Shown here: positions 28,333-41,900 of the stretch, piece after piece
Numbering within the stretch: position 1 is the first letter of the stretch
Layout of the letters: each line of letters opens with the position of its first letter
Source of the DNA: the human T2T-CHM13v2.0 reference genome, Homo sapiens
Assembly (NCBI RefSeq): GCF_009914755.1
Contig: NC_060939.1
DNA length: 64,000 nucleotides
Strand: one strand, 5' to 3'
Program-made: the position numbers and the translations under genes
The notes under the pieces: model-generated
What the model saw: the letters and a program-made list of their open reading frames with translations, nothing else
Told to the model about the DNA's origin: nothing
The model's database searches: none

Positions 28333-29640
28333 AGACCCTCGATGCAGTGTTCTGGAATCTATGTGAGGGAGAAACACTCAGAACCCGGCCTCAGTGTTCT
28401 GGAATCCGATGTGAAAGACATACACATAGACTCCTGCAGCAGTGTTCTGGAGTCCTATGTGGGGGACAAACATTAAGACCCCAGAAGCAGTGTTCTGGAA
28501 TCCTACGTGAGGGACAGTCAATCAGACCCTCGTAGTAGTGTTCTGGAATTCTGTGTGAGGGACAAACATTCAGACCCTCCTTGCAGTTTTCTGGAATTCA
28601 ATGTGAGGGACAAACTTTCAGACCACAGCAGGGGTGTTGTGGAATCCCCGGTGAGGAACAAACATTGAGACACTCGTAGCAGTGTTCAGGAATCCTATGT
28701 GATGGACAATCATTTAAACCCCAGCAGCAGTGTTCTGGAATCCTATGTGAGAGAGAAACATTCAGACACTCGTAGCAGTGTTCTGGAATCCTATGTGAGG
28801 GACAAACACTCAGAACCCAGCTGCAGTGTTCTGGAACACTATGTTAGGGACAAACATTCAGACCACAGCAGGATTGTTCTGGAATTCTATGTGAGGGACA
28901 CACATTCAGAAAACAGCAGGAGTGTTTTGGAATCCAACTTGGAGGACAAATATTCAGACCCTCGTAGCAGTGTTCTGGAATCCTATGTGAGGAGCAAACA
29001 TTCACATAATCGTAGCAGTGTTCTGGAATCCTATGTGAGGGACAAACATTCAGAACTTCATAACAGTGTTCTTAAATCCAATGTGAGGGACAAACATTCA
29101 GACTGTCGTAGCGGTGTTCTGGAATCCTATGTGAGAGACAAACCCTCAGAACACAGCAAGAGTGTTTTGGAATCCTATGTGAGAGACAAATATTCAGATC
29201 CTCATAGCAGTGTTCTGGAATCCTATGTTAGGGACAAACATTCAGACTATCGTAGCAGTGTTCTGGAATCCTATGTGAGGGACAAATATTAAGACTATCA
29301 TAGCAGTGTTCTGGAATCCTATGGGAAGGACAATCATTCAGACCCTCGTACCACTGTTCTGTAATTCCGTGTGAGGGACAAAGCTTTAAACCAAAGAAGG
29401 AGTGTTCTGGAATCCCCTGTGAGGAACAAACATTCAGACCCTCGTATCAGGGTTCTGGAATCCTATTTGACAGAGAAACATATAGACCCCAGCAACAGAG
29501 TTCTGGGGTCCAATGTGAGAAAAAAACAATCAGACCCTCGTAGCAGTGTTCTGGAATCCTATGTGGGAGACAAACATTCAGAGAATCGTAGCAGTTTTCT
29601 GGAATGCAATGTGAGGGAAAAACATTCAGACCCCTGTTGC

Positions 29641-29930
29641 AGTGTTCTGGAAACCTATGTGAGGGACACACATTCAGACCACTGCATGATTGATCTGGAA
29701 TCCTATGTGAAGGACAAACACTCAGAACACAGCAGGAGTGTTTTGGAATCCTATGTGAGGGACAAACATTCAGAACCTCTTAGCAGTGTTCTGGAAACCT
29801 ATGTGAGGGACACACATTCAGACCACTGCATGATTGATCTGGAATCCTATGTGAAGGACAAACACTCAGAACACAGCAGGAGTGTTTTGGAATCCTATGT
29901 GAGGGACAAACATTCAGACCCTCTTAGCAG
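29641..29930. repeat. Near-perfect 144-bp (3-monomer) tandem duplication
   Basis: agtgttctggaaacctatgtgagggacacacattcagaccactgcatgattgatctgg... occurs at 29641 and 29785. The ORF repeats ETYVRDTHSDHCMIDLESYVKDKHSEHSRS. Confidence 0.9.
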
Positions 29931-32900
29931 TGTTCTGGAATCCTATGCGAGGGACAAACATTGAAACAATAACTGGAGTGTTCTGAAATCCTATGTTATG
30001 GACAAACATTCAGATCCTCATTGCATTGTTATGGAATTCTATGTGAGGGAGAAACACTCAGAAACTAACAGCAGTTTTCTGGCATCCTATGTGACAGACA
30101 AACTTTTAGACCCCAGCAGCAGTGTTCTGGAATCCTACCTGAGGGACAAACTTTGAGACCCCAGCAGCAGTGTTGTTGAATCCTATGTGAGGGACAAAAA
30201 TTAAGACCCTGGCAGGAGTGTTCTGGAATCTTTTGTGAAAGACAAACATTCAGACACAGCAGGAGTGTTCTGGAATTGTATGTTAGCAACAAACATTCGC
30301 ATTCTAGCAGCAGAGTTCTTTGGTCCTATATGAGGCACTAACTTCCAGACGCTCGTAGCAGTTTTCTGGAATCTTATGTGATGGAAAAACATTCAGAATC
30401 TCGTAGCAGTGCTTTGGAATCCTATTTGAGCACAAACATTCGGACCCCAGCAGCAGTGTTCTGGAATCCTATTTGAGGCACAAACATTCAGACCCTCGTA
30501 GCAGTGTTCTGGAATGCTATGTGATGGAGATCCATTCATACTACAGCAGCAGAGTTCTGGAATCTTGTGTGAGGGACAGACATTCAGACCACAGCCGGAG
30601 TGTTATGGAATCCTATATTAGGGACAAACATTCAGACCCTTGTAGCAGTTTTCTGAAACCCTATGTCAGAGAGAAACATTCGGACCTCAGCAGCAGCGTT
30701 CTAGAATCCTATATGAGGCACATTCATTCAGACCCTCGTTGCAGTGATCTGGAATCCTATGTGAGGGACAAACACTCAGAACACAGCAGGAGTGTTTTGG
30801 AATCCCCTGTGAGGAACAAACATTCAGACCCTCATAACAATGTTCTGGAATCCTATGCGAGGGACCAACATTCAGACAATCGTAGAAGTGTTCTGGAATC
30901 CTATGTGAGGGACAAACATTCAGACCCTGGTAGAAGTGTTCTGGAATCCTATGTGAGGGACAAACATTCAGAAAACCGTAGCAGTGTTCTGGAATCCTAT
31001 GTGAGGGACAAACATTCAAACAACAGCGGGAGTGTTCTGGAATCCTATGTTAGGAACGTATATTCAAACCGTCGTTGCAGTGTTCTGGAATTCTAAGTGA
31101 GGGACAAACACTCAGAACCCAGCTGCAGTCTTCTGGAACCCTGTGTGAGAGACCAACATTCAGACAATCGTAGAAGTGTTCTGGAATCCTATGTGAGGGA
31201 CAGTCATTCAAACACTCGTAGCAGTGTTCTGGAATCCTATGTGAAGTACAAATACTCAGAACCCAGCAACAGTGTTCTGGAACCCTATGTGAGATACAAA
31301 CATTCCGACCACAGCTGTATTCTTCTGGAATCCTAAGTGAGGGACAAACCTTCAGACATTTGTAGCGGTGTTCTGGAATCCTACGTGAGGGACAAACATT
31401 CAGACAATCGTAGAAGGGTTCTGGAATTCTATGTGAGTGACAAATATTCAGAGCCCCGTAGCAGTGTTCTGGAATCCTATGTGAGGGACAAACATTCAGA
31501 CCCCATCAGTAGTGTACTGGAATAACATGAGAGGGACAATCATTCAGACCCTCAGAGCAGTGTTCTGGAATTCTGTGTGATGGACATGCATTAGGTACCT
31601 CGTAGTAGTGTTCTGGAATCCTGTCTGAGGGACAAACGTTCAGACCACAGCAGGAGTGTTACGGAATCCCCTGTGAGGAAGAAACATTCAGACCCTCGTA
31701 GCAATGTTCTGGAATCCTACGTGATGGAGAAACATTTAGACCATAGCAGCAGTGTTCTGGAATCCTATGTGAGGTACAAACACTCAGAACCCAGCAGCAG
31801 TGTTCTGGAACCCTATGTGAGGGACAAACATTCAGACCACTGCAGGATTGTTCTGGAATCCTATGTTAGGGACAAACACTCAGAACACAGCAGGAGTGTT
31901 TTGGAATCCTATGTGAGGGACAAATTTTGAGACCCTCGCAGCAGTGTTCCAGAATCGTATGTGAGGGACAAACATTCAGACCCTCGGAGCATTGTTCTGG
32001 AATGCTATGTTAGGGACAAACATTTAGACAATCGTAGCAATGTTCTGGAATAATATGTGAGGGACAAACATTCAGACAGTCTCAGCAGTGTTCTGGAATC
32101 CTATGCGAGGGACAAACATTCAGACCTCAGCAGCAGTGTTCTGGAATCCTATGTGAGGGACAAACTTTAAAACAACAGCGAAAGTGTTCTGGAATCCTAT
32201 GTTATGAACAAACATTCAGACCCTCGTCGCAGTGTTCTGGAATTCTATGTGAGGGAGAAATACTCAGAACCCAGCAGCAAGGTTCTGGAATCATGTGAAG
32301 GACATACATATAGACTCCAGCAGCATTGTTCTGGAATCCTATGTGAGGGACAAACATTCACACCCCAGCAGCAGCGTTCTGGAATCCTATATGAGGGACA
32401 ATCATTCAGATGCTTGTAGCAGTGTTCTGGAATTCTGTGTGAGGGACAAACTTTCAGATGCTCATAGCAGTGTTCTGGAATTCTGTGTGAGGGACAAACT
32501 TTCAGACCCTCGTAGCAGTGTTCTGGAATCCTGTGTGAGGGACAAACTTTCAGATGCTCGTAGCAGTGTTCTGGAATTCTGTGTGAGGAACAAACCTTCA
32601 GACCCTCTTAGCAGTGTTCTGGAATCATATGTGTCGGACAAACATTTAGACCTCAGCAGCACTGTTCTAGAATCCTATGTGAGGGGCAATCATTCAGACA
32701 CTCGCAGCGGTGTTCAGGAATCCGATGTGAGGGACAAACACTCAGAACCCAGCAGCAGTGTTCTGGAACCCTATTTGAGGGACAAACAGTCAGATCACAG
32801 CTGTATTGTTCTGAAATCCTATGTGAGGAACAAACATTCAGACATTCGTAACGGTGTTCTTGAATCCTACGTGAGGGACAAACATTCAGACGCCAGCAGA

Positions 32901-35900
32901 ATTGTTTTGGAATCCTATGTAAGGGACAAACATTCAAACAACAGCGGGAGTGTTTTGGAATCCTATGTGTGGGACAAACTTTAAGACAACAGCAGGAGTC
33001 TTCTGAAATCCTATGTGAGAAACAAACATTTACAACACAGCAGCAGTGTCCTGGATTCCTATGTGAGGGGCAAATATTCAGAACCTCGTAGCAGTTTTCT
33101 GGAATCCTAGGAGAGGGACAAACTCTCACAACCCAACAGGGGTGTTCTGGGAACCTGTGTGAGGGAAAAGCATTCAGACAACAGCAGGAGTGTTCTGGAA
33201 TCATATGTGAGGGAGAAACACTCATATCACAACAGGAGTGTTCTAGAATCCCCTGTGAGGGACAAACATTCAGACCCTGGTAAGAGTGTTCCGGAAACCT
33301 ATGTGAGGGGTAAGCATTTAGTTCCTCCTAGCAGTGTTCTGGAATCCTATGTGGGGGACAAACAGTCAGACCACAACAGGAGTGTACTAGAATCCCCTGT
33401 GAGGGACAAACATTCAGACCCTTGAAGCAGTGTTCTGGAATACTAGTGAGGGACAAAGATTCAGACTAGAGCAGAATTCTTCTGGAATCCTATGTGAGGA
33501 ACGGATATTTAGACCACATCAGGAGTGTTCTGGAATGCTATTTGAGGGACAAACATTCAGTCCCTCTTAGCAGTGTCCTGGAATCCTTTGTGAGGGCTAA
33601 CCACTCAGAACCCAGCAGCAGTGTTCTGGAATCCTATGAGAGGGACAAACATTCATACCACAGGAGGAATGTTCTGGAATCCTATGTGAGAGACAGACAT
33701 TCAGACCCTGGTAGCAGTGTTCTGGAATCCTATGTGAAGGCCAAACACTCAGAAACCAGCAGCAGTGTTGTGGAATCCTATGCGAGCGACAAACATTCAG
33801 ATGCCAGAAGCATTGTTCTGGAATCCTATATGAGGGGCAAACATTCAGACCTAAGCAGGAGTGTTCTTTAATCCTATGTGATGGATAAACATTCAGACCC
33901 CTGCAGCAGTGTTCTGGATACTTATGTGTGGGAGAAACAGTCAGAAACCAGCAGAACGATTCTGGAATCCTCTGTGATGGACAAACATTTAGAGTCTAGA
34001 AGCATTTTTAAGCAATCCTATGTGAGGGAGAAAACATCCAGACCCCAGCAGAAGTGTTCTGGAATCCTTTTTGAAGGAATAACATTTAGTCCCCAGCAGC
34101 AGTGTTCTGGAATCCTATGTGAAGGACAAACATTCAGACCCTCCTAACAGTGTTGTGGAATCCTATGTGAGGGACAAACATACAGATCACAGCAGGAGGG
34201 TTATTGCGTCTTATGTGAGGGACAGCCAGAACCCAGCAGGGGTGTTCTGGAATCCTATGTGAGGGACAAATATACAGACCACAGCAGAAGTTTTCTGGAA
34301 TCCTTTGTGCAGAACAAACATTCAGACCACAGCAAAATTTTTCCAGAATCCTATGTGAGGGACAAAGCTTCAGAACCTCTTAGCAGTGCTTTTGAATCCT
34401 ATGTCAGGGACAAACTTTCAGACTCCTGTGGCAGTGTTTTAGAATTCGATGTGAAGGACAATCAAAACCCAGAGGCAGTGTTCTTGGATCTTATGTGAAG
34501 GACAAACATTCAGACTCTCTTAGCAGTGTTCTGAAATCCTATGTGAGGGAAATGTATTCAGACTCTCGTAGCAGTGTTCTGGAATCCGATGTGAGGGAGA
34601 AACATTCAGACCACAGAAGGAATGTTCTGGAATCCTATGTGAGTAACGTTCAGACCACAGCACGATTGTTCTGGAATCCCATGTGAGGTACAAACATTCA
34701 GACGCCAGCAGCAGTGTTCCGAAATCCTATTGAGGGAAAAACTTTTAGACTCATGTAGCAGTGTTCTGTAATCGTACGTGAGGGACAAACACTGAGAACC
34801 CAACAGCAGTGTTCTGGAATCCTTAGTGAGGAACAAACATTCAGACCACAGCAGGAGTCTCCTGGAATCCTTTGTGAGGGAGAATAATGCAGACCATCGT
34901 AGCAGTGATCTGGAATCCTATGTGAGGGAGAAACATTCAGACTCAAGTTGCAGTTTTCTGGAATCCTATTTGAGGGACAAACCCTCAGACTACAGCAGGA
35001 ATATTTTAGAATCCCATGTTAGGGAGAAACATTCAGACCACAGCAGGATTGTTCCAGAAACCAATGTAAGGCACAAACACGGAGAACACAAGAGTGTTCT
35101 GGAACCCTATATGAGGGTCAAACATTCAGACCACAGCAGTAGTGTTCTGGAATCCTATGTGAGGGAGAATAATTCAGATGGTCATAGCATTGCTCTGGAA
35201 TCCTATGTGAGGGACAAACATTTAGAACCCAGTAGCAGCGTTCTGGAATCCTATGTGAGGGACAAACATTTAGAACCCAGTAGCAGCGTTCTGGAATCCT
35301 ATTTGAGGGACAAACACTCAGAACACTACAGGGATGTTTTGGAATCCTATGTTAGGGAGAAACATTCAGATGACCACAGGATTTTTCTGGAATCCCATGT
35401 GAGGCACAAACGCTCAGACAACAGCAGGAGTGTTCTAGAATGCTATGTGAAGGTCAACCATTCAGACCACAGCAGTAGTGTTCTAGAATTCTATGTGAGG
35501 GACAAACATTCATACCCTCGTAGCAGTGTTCTGGAATCCTACGTAAGGGACAAACACTAAGAACCCAGCAGCAGTGTTCTGGCATTCTATCTGAGGGACG
35601 GAAATTCAGACCAAAGCAGGAGTATTCTGGAATCCTATGAGAGGTACAATCATTCAGAACCTCGTAGTAATGTTCTGGAATCCTATGTGAGAGAGAAACA
35701 CTCAGAACCCAGCAGTAGTGATATGGAATCCTATGTGAGGGACAATCATTCAGACCATAGATTGGGTGTTCTTGAATCCTATGTGAGGGACAAACATTCA
35801 GACCCTCATAGAAGTGTTCTGGAATCCTATGTGAGGGACAAACACTCAGAACCCAGCAGCAGTGTTCTGGAATCGGATGTAACGTATAACCATTCAGACC

Positions 35901-38900
35901 ACAGCAGGAGGGTTCTGGAATCTTATGTGAGGGACAATCATTCAGACCCTCGTAGCGGTATTCTGGAATCCTGTGTGAGGGAGAAACCCTCAGAACCCAG
36001 CGGCAGTCTTCTGTAATCCTATTTGAGGGACAATCATTCAGACCACACCTGTGGTGTTCTGGAATCCTACATGTGGGACAAACTTTCAGACCCTTGTAGC
36101 ATTGTTCTGGAATGCTATGTGAGGCAAACATTCACACCCTCGTAACAGTGTTCTGGAATTCTATGTGAGGGACAAACATTTAGACCCACTTAGTAGTGTT
36201 CTGGAATCGTACGTGAGGGACAAACACTCAGAACCCAACATCAGTGTTCTGGAATAATAAGATAGGGACAAACATTCAGACCACAGCAGGAGTGTTCTGC
36301 AACCTTATGTGTGGGAGAATAATTCAGAACCTCGTAGCAGTGTTATGGAATCCTATGTGAGGGACAAACATTCAGACCCCAGTACCAGGGCTCTGGAATC
36401 TTATTTGAGGGACAAAGACTCAGTCCACAGCAGGAATGTTTTGGAATCCTATGTGAGAGAGAAACATTCAGACAACAGCAGAATTGTTCTGGAATCCCAT
36501 GTAAGGCACAAACACCCGGACCACAGAAGGAGTGTTCTGGAATCCTATATGAGGTTCAACCATTCGGACCACAGCAGGAGTGTTCTGAAATCCTATGTGA
36601 GGAACAAACATTCAGAACACAAGAGCAGTGTTCTGGAATCTTATGTGAGTGACAAACATTCAGAACCCAGCAACAGTGTTCTGTAATCCTGTCTGAGAGA
36701 CAAACATTCATACCACAGTAGGAGTGTTCTGGAGTCCAATGTGAGGTACAATCATTCAGAACCCAGTAGCAGTGTCCTGGTTTCCTATGTGAGGGAGAAA
36801 CACTCAGAACCCAGCAGCAGTGTTATGGAATCCTATGTGAGGGACAATCATTCAGACCACAGCTGGGGTGTTCTGGAATCCTACCTGTGAGACAAACATT
36901 TAGACCCTCGCAGCATTGTTCTGCAATCCTATTTGAGGAAAATTCATTCACAATACAGCAGGAGTGTTCTGGAGTCCTATGTGCGGAAGAAACATACAGA
37001 CCCTCGTAGGAGTGTTCCAGAATCCTATGTTAGGGACAATCCTTTAGACCCAAGTAGCAGTGTTTTGGAATCCTATTTGAGGGACAAACACTCAGACCAC
37101 AGCAGGAATATTTTGGAAGCCTATGTGAGGAAGAAACATTCAGAACACAGAAGGATTGTTCTAGAATCCAACGTGAGGCACAAACAGCCAGACCACAGCA
37201 CTAGTGTTCTGGAATCCTATATGACGGTCATCCTTTCAGCCCACAGCAGTAGTGTTCTGTAATCCTATTTGAGGAACAAACATTAAGACAACAGCAGGCT
37301 TATTCTGGAAACCTCGGTGAGGAGCAAACATTGAGACCACAGCATCAGTGTTCTGGAATCTTATGTGAGGGACAAACACTCAGAACCTTGCAGCAGTGTT
37401 CTGGAATCCTATCTGAGGGACAAACATTCAGACCAGAGCAGGAGTGTTCTTTAATCCTCTGTGAAGTACAATCATTGAGACACTCGTAGCAGTGTACTGG
37501 AATCCTACGTGAGGGAGAAACACTCAAAAACCAGCAGCAGTGTTCTGGAATCCTATGTGAGGGACAATCATTCAGACCACAGCTGGGGTGTTCTGTAATC
37601 CTACGTGTGGGACAAACATTCAGACACAATTAGAATTGATCTGGAATCGCATGTGAGGAAAACACATTCAGAACACATCAGGAATCTTCTGGAGTCCTAT
37701 GTGCGGGACAACCATTCAGAGGCTTGTAGCAGTGTTCCGGAATCCTATGTGAGGGAGAAACCTTTAGACCCACGTAGCAGTGTTCTGGAGTCGTACGTGA
37801 GGGACAAACCCTCAGAACCCAACATCAGTGTTGCGGAATTCTAAGTGAGGGACAAACATTCAGACCACAGCAGGAGTGTTCTGGAATCCTATGTAAGGGA
37901 GAATAATTCAGAGCCTCGTAGCAGTGTTCTGCAATCCTATGTGAGGAACAAACATTCAGACCACAGTAACAGTGTTCTGGAATCCTATTTGAGGGACAAA
38001 CACTCAGAGCACAGCAGGGATGCTTTGGAACCCTATGTGAGGGAGAAATATTCAGACCACAGCAGGATTGTTCTGGAATCCCATTGGAGGCACAAACTCC
38101 CAGACCACAGCAGGAGTGTTCTGCCATCCTATGTGATGGTCAACCATTCAGACCACAGCAGCAGTGCTCGGGAATCCTAGATGAGGTACAAACATTCAGA
38201 CCACAGCAGGAGTGTTCTGGAATCCTATGTGAGATACAATGGTTCAGACCCTTGTAGCAGTGTTCTGGAATCCTATGTGATGGAGAACCACTCAGAATCC
38301 AGCAGCAGTGTTCTGGAATCCTATGTGATGGAGAAACACTCAGAACCCAGCAGCAGTGTTCGGGAGTCCTATGTAAGGTACAATCATTCAGACCACAGCT
38401 GGGGTGTTCTGGAATCCTATATGTGGGAAAAACATTCAGACCCCGGTAGCATTGTTCTGGAATCCTATGTGAGGAAAATACATTGAGAACACATCAGGAG
38501 TGTTCTGGAGTCCTATGTGCGGGACAAACATTCAGACCCTCTTAGCGGTATTCTGGAATCCTATGTGAGGGAAAAACATTTAGACCCACATGGGAGTGTT
38601 CTGGAATCGTTCGTGAGGGACAAACACTCAGAACCCAACAGCAGTGTTCTGGAATCCTAATGAGGGACAAACATTCAGACCACAGCAGGAGTGCGCTGGT
38701 ATCCTATGTGAGGGAGAATAATTCAAACCCTCGTGATAGTGTTCTGGATTCCTATGTGATGGACAAATATTCAGACCTCAATACCAGTGTTCTGGAATCG
38801 TATTTGAGGGACAAACACTCAGACCATAACAGGAATGTTTTGGAATCCAATGTGAGGGAGAAACATTCAGACTACTGCAGGATTGTTCTGCAATCCCATG

Positions 38901-41900
38901 TGAGGCACAAACACCCAGACCACAGCAGGATTGTTCTGGAATCCTATGTGATGGTCAGACATTCAGACCACAGCAGTAGTAGTCTGGAATCCTGTATGAG
39001 AGACAAACATTCAGATTACAGCAGGATTGTTCTAGAATTCTATGGAGGAACAAACATTCAAACCATATCAGCACTGTTCTGGAATCCTATGTGAAGGGAC
39101 AGACACTCAGAACGCAGCAGCAGTGTTCTGGAATCCTATTTTAAGGACAAACACCCAGACAAGAGCAGGGGTGTTCTGGAATCCTATGTGACGGTCAACC
39201 ATTCAGGCCACAGCAGTAGTGCTCTGCAATCCTATGTGAGGGACAAACATTCAGACCACAGCAAGAGTGTTCTGAAATCCTATGTGAGGGACAAACATTC
39301 AGAACCCAGCACCTCTTTTCTGGAATCCTATCTGAATGACAAACATTCAGAACAGAGCAGGAGTGTTCTGGAATCCTATGTGAACTACAATCATTCAGAC
39401 CCTCGTAGCAGTGTTCTGGAATCGTATGTGAGGGAGAAACACTCAGAACCCAGCAGCAGTGTTCTGGAATCCTATGGGAGGGACAATCATTCAGAACACA
39501 GCTGGGGTGTTCTGGAATCCTAAGTGTGGGAAAAACATTCAGACCCTGGTAGCATTGTTCTGGAATCCCATGTGAGGAAAATACTTTCAGGAAACAGGAG
39601 GAGTGTTCTGGAGTCCTACGTGAGAGAGAAACATTCAGACCCTCCTAGCAGTGTTCTGGAATCCTATGTGAGGGACAAATATTTAGAACCACGTAACATT
39701 GTTCTGGAATCGCACGTGAGGGACACTCAGAACCTAACATCAGTGTTCTGGAATCCTAAGTGAGGGACAAACATTCAGACCACAACAGGAGTGCTCTGGA
39801 ATCCTATCGGAGGGAGAATAATTCAGACCCTCCTGTCAGGGTTTTGGAATCCTATGTGAGGGACAAACATTCAGACCCCAGTAGCAGTGTTCTACAATCC
39901 TGTTTAAGGGACAAACACTCAGACTGCAGCAGGAATGTTTTGGAATCCTATGTGAGGGAGAAACATTCAGACCACAGAAGGATTGTTCTGGAATCCCATG
40001 TGAGACACAAACACCCTGATCACAGCAGGAGTATTCTGGAATCATATCTGAGGGTCAACCGTTGAGACCACAGCAGTAGTGTTCTGGAATCCTATATGAG
40101 AGACAAACATTCAGACCACAGCAGCATTGTTCAGGAATCCTTTGTGAGGGACAAACACTCAGAACCCAGCAGCAGTGTTCTGGAATCCTATGTGAATGAC
40201 AAATATTTAGACCCTCGTCGCAGTGTTCTGGAATGCTATGGTAGGGACAAACTCTGAAAACCCAGCAGCAGTGTTCTGGAATCCTATGTGAGGGACAATC
40301 ATTCAGACCACAGCTGGGGTTTTCTGGAATCCTACATGTGCGACAAGCATTCAGACACTCATAACATTCTTCTGGAATCCTATCATAGGAAAATACATTC
40401 AGAACACAGCAAGAGTGTTCTGGAGTCCTATGTGCGAGAAAAACATTCAGACCCTCGTAGCACTGTTCTGGAATCCTACGTAACAGACAAACATATAGAC
40501 CCACGTGGCAGTGTTGTGGAATTGTACCTGAGGGACAAACACTCAGAACCCAACAGTAGTGTTCTGGAATCCTAAGTGAGGGACAAACACTCAGACCGCA
40601 GCAGGAGTGCTCTTGAATACTTAGAGGGGAAAAAATATTCAGACAACAGCAGGAGTGTTCTGGAATCCTATGTGAGGGAGAATAATTTATACCCTCATAG
40701 CAGTGTTCTGGAATCCTATTTGAGGGACAAACATTCAGACCATCGTAACAGTGTTCTGGAATCCTATGTGAGGGACAAACACTCAGAACCCAGCAGCAGT
40801 GTTCTGGAATCCTATGTGAGGGACAATTATTCAGACCACAGCTGGGGTGTTCTGGAATCCTAAGTGTGGGACAACCATTCAGACCCTCGTAGCATTGTTC
40901 TGGAATCCTAAGTGAGGAAAATACATTCAGAACACAGCAGGAGTGTTCTGGAATTCTACATGCGGGACAAACATTCAGACTCTCTTAGCAGTGTTATGGA
41001 GTCTTAGGTGAGGGACAAATATTCAGACCCTCATAGTAGTTTTCTGGAGCCCTATGTGAGGGACGAGCATTTAGACCAATGTAGAAGTGTTCTAGAATCG
41101 TATGTGAGGCACAAAACACTCAGAACCCAACAGCAGTGTTCTGGAATCCTAAGTGAGGGATAAACATTCAGACCACAGCAGGAGTGTTCTGGAAACATAA
41201 GTGAGGGAGAAACATTCCCACAACAGCAGGAATGTTCTGGAGCCCTATGAGAGGGACAAACACTCAGACCACAGCAAGAATGCTTTGTAATCCTATGTGA
41301 CAGAGAAACATTCAGACCACAGCAGGATTGTTACGGAATCCCATGTGAGGCACAAACACCCAGACCACAGCCGGAGTGTTCTGGAATCCTATGTGAGCAT
41401 CAACCATTCAGACCACTGCAGTAGTGTTCTGGAATCCGATGTGAAGAGCAAACATTCTGAGCCTCGTAGCATTGTTCTGTAATCTTATCTGAGGGATAAA
41501 CATTCAGACTCTCTTGGCAGTGTTCTGGAATATTATGTGAGGAACAAATATTCAGACCCTCGTAGCAGTGTTCTGGAATCCTATGTGAGTGAGAAATACA
41601 CAGAACCCAGCAGCAGTGTTCTGTAATCCTATGTGAGGAACAAACATTAGGACACTCGTAGCAGTGTTCTGGAATCATATGTGAGGGAAAAACACTCAGA
41701 ACCCAGCAGCACTGTTCTGGAATCCTATTTGAGGGAAACTTTCAGACCACAGCAGGAGTATTCAGGAATCATATGTGAGGGACAAACATTCAGACCCTCA
41801 TAGCCGTGTTCTGGAATCCTATGTGAGGGAGAATAATTCAGACCCTCATAGCAGTGTTCTCGAACCCCATTTGAGGGACAAACACTCAGAAGACAGCAGG

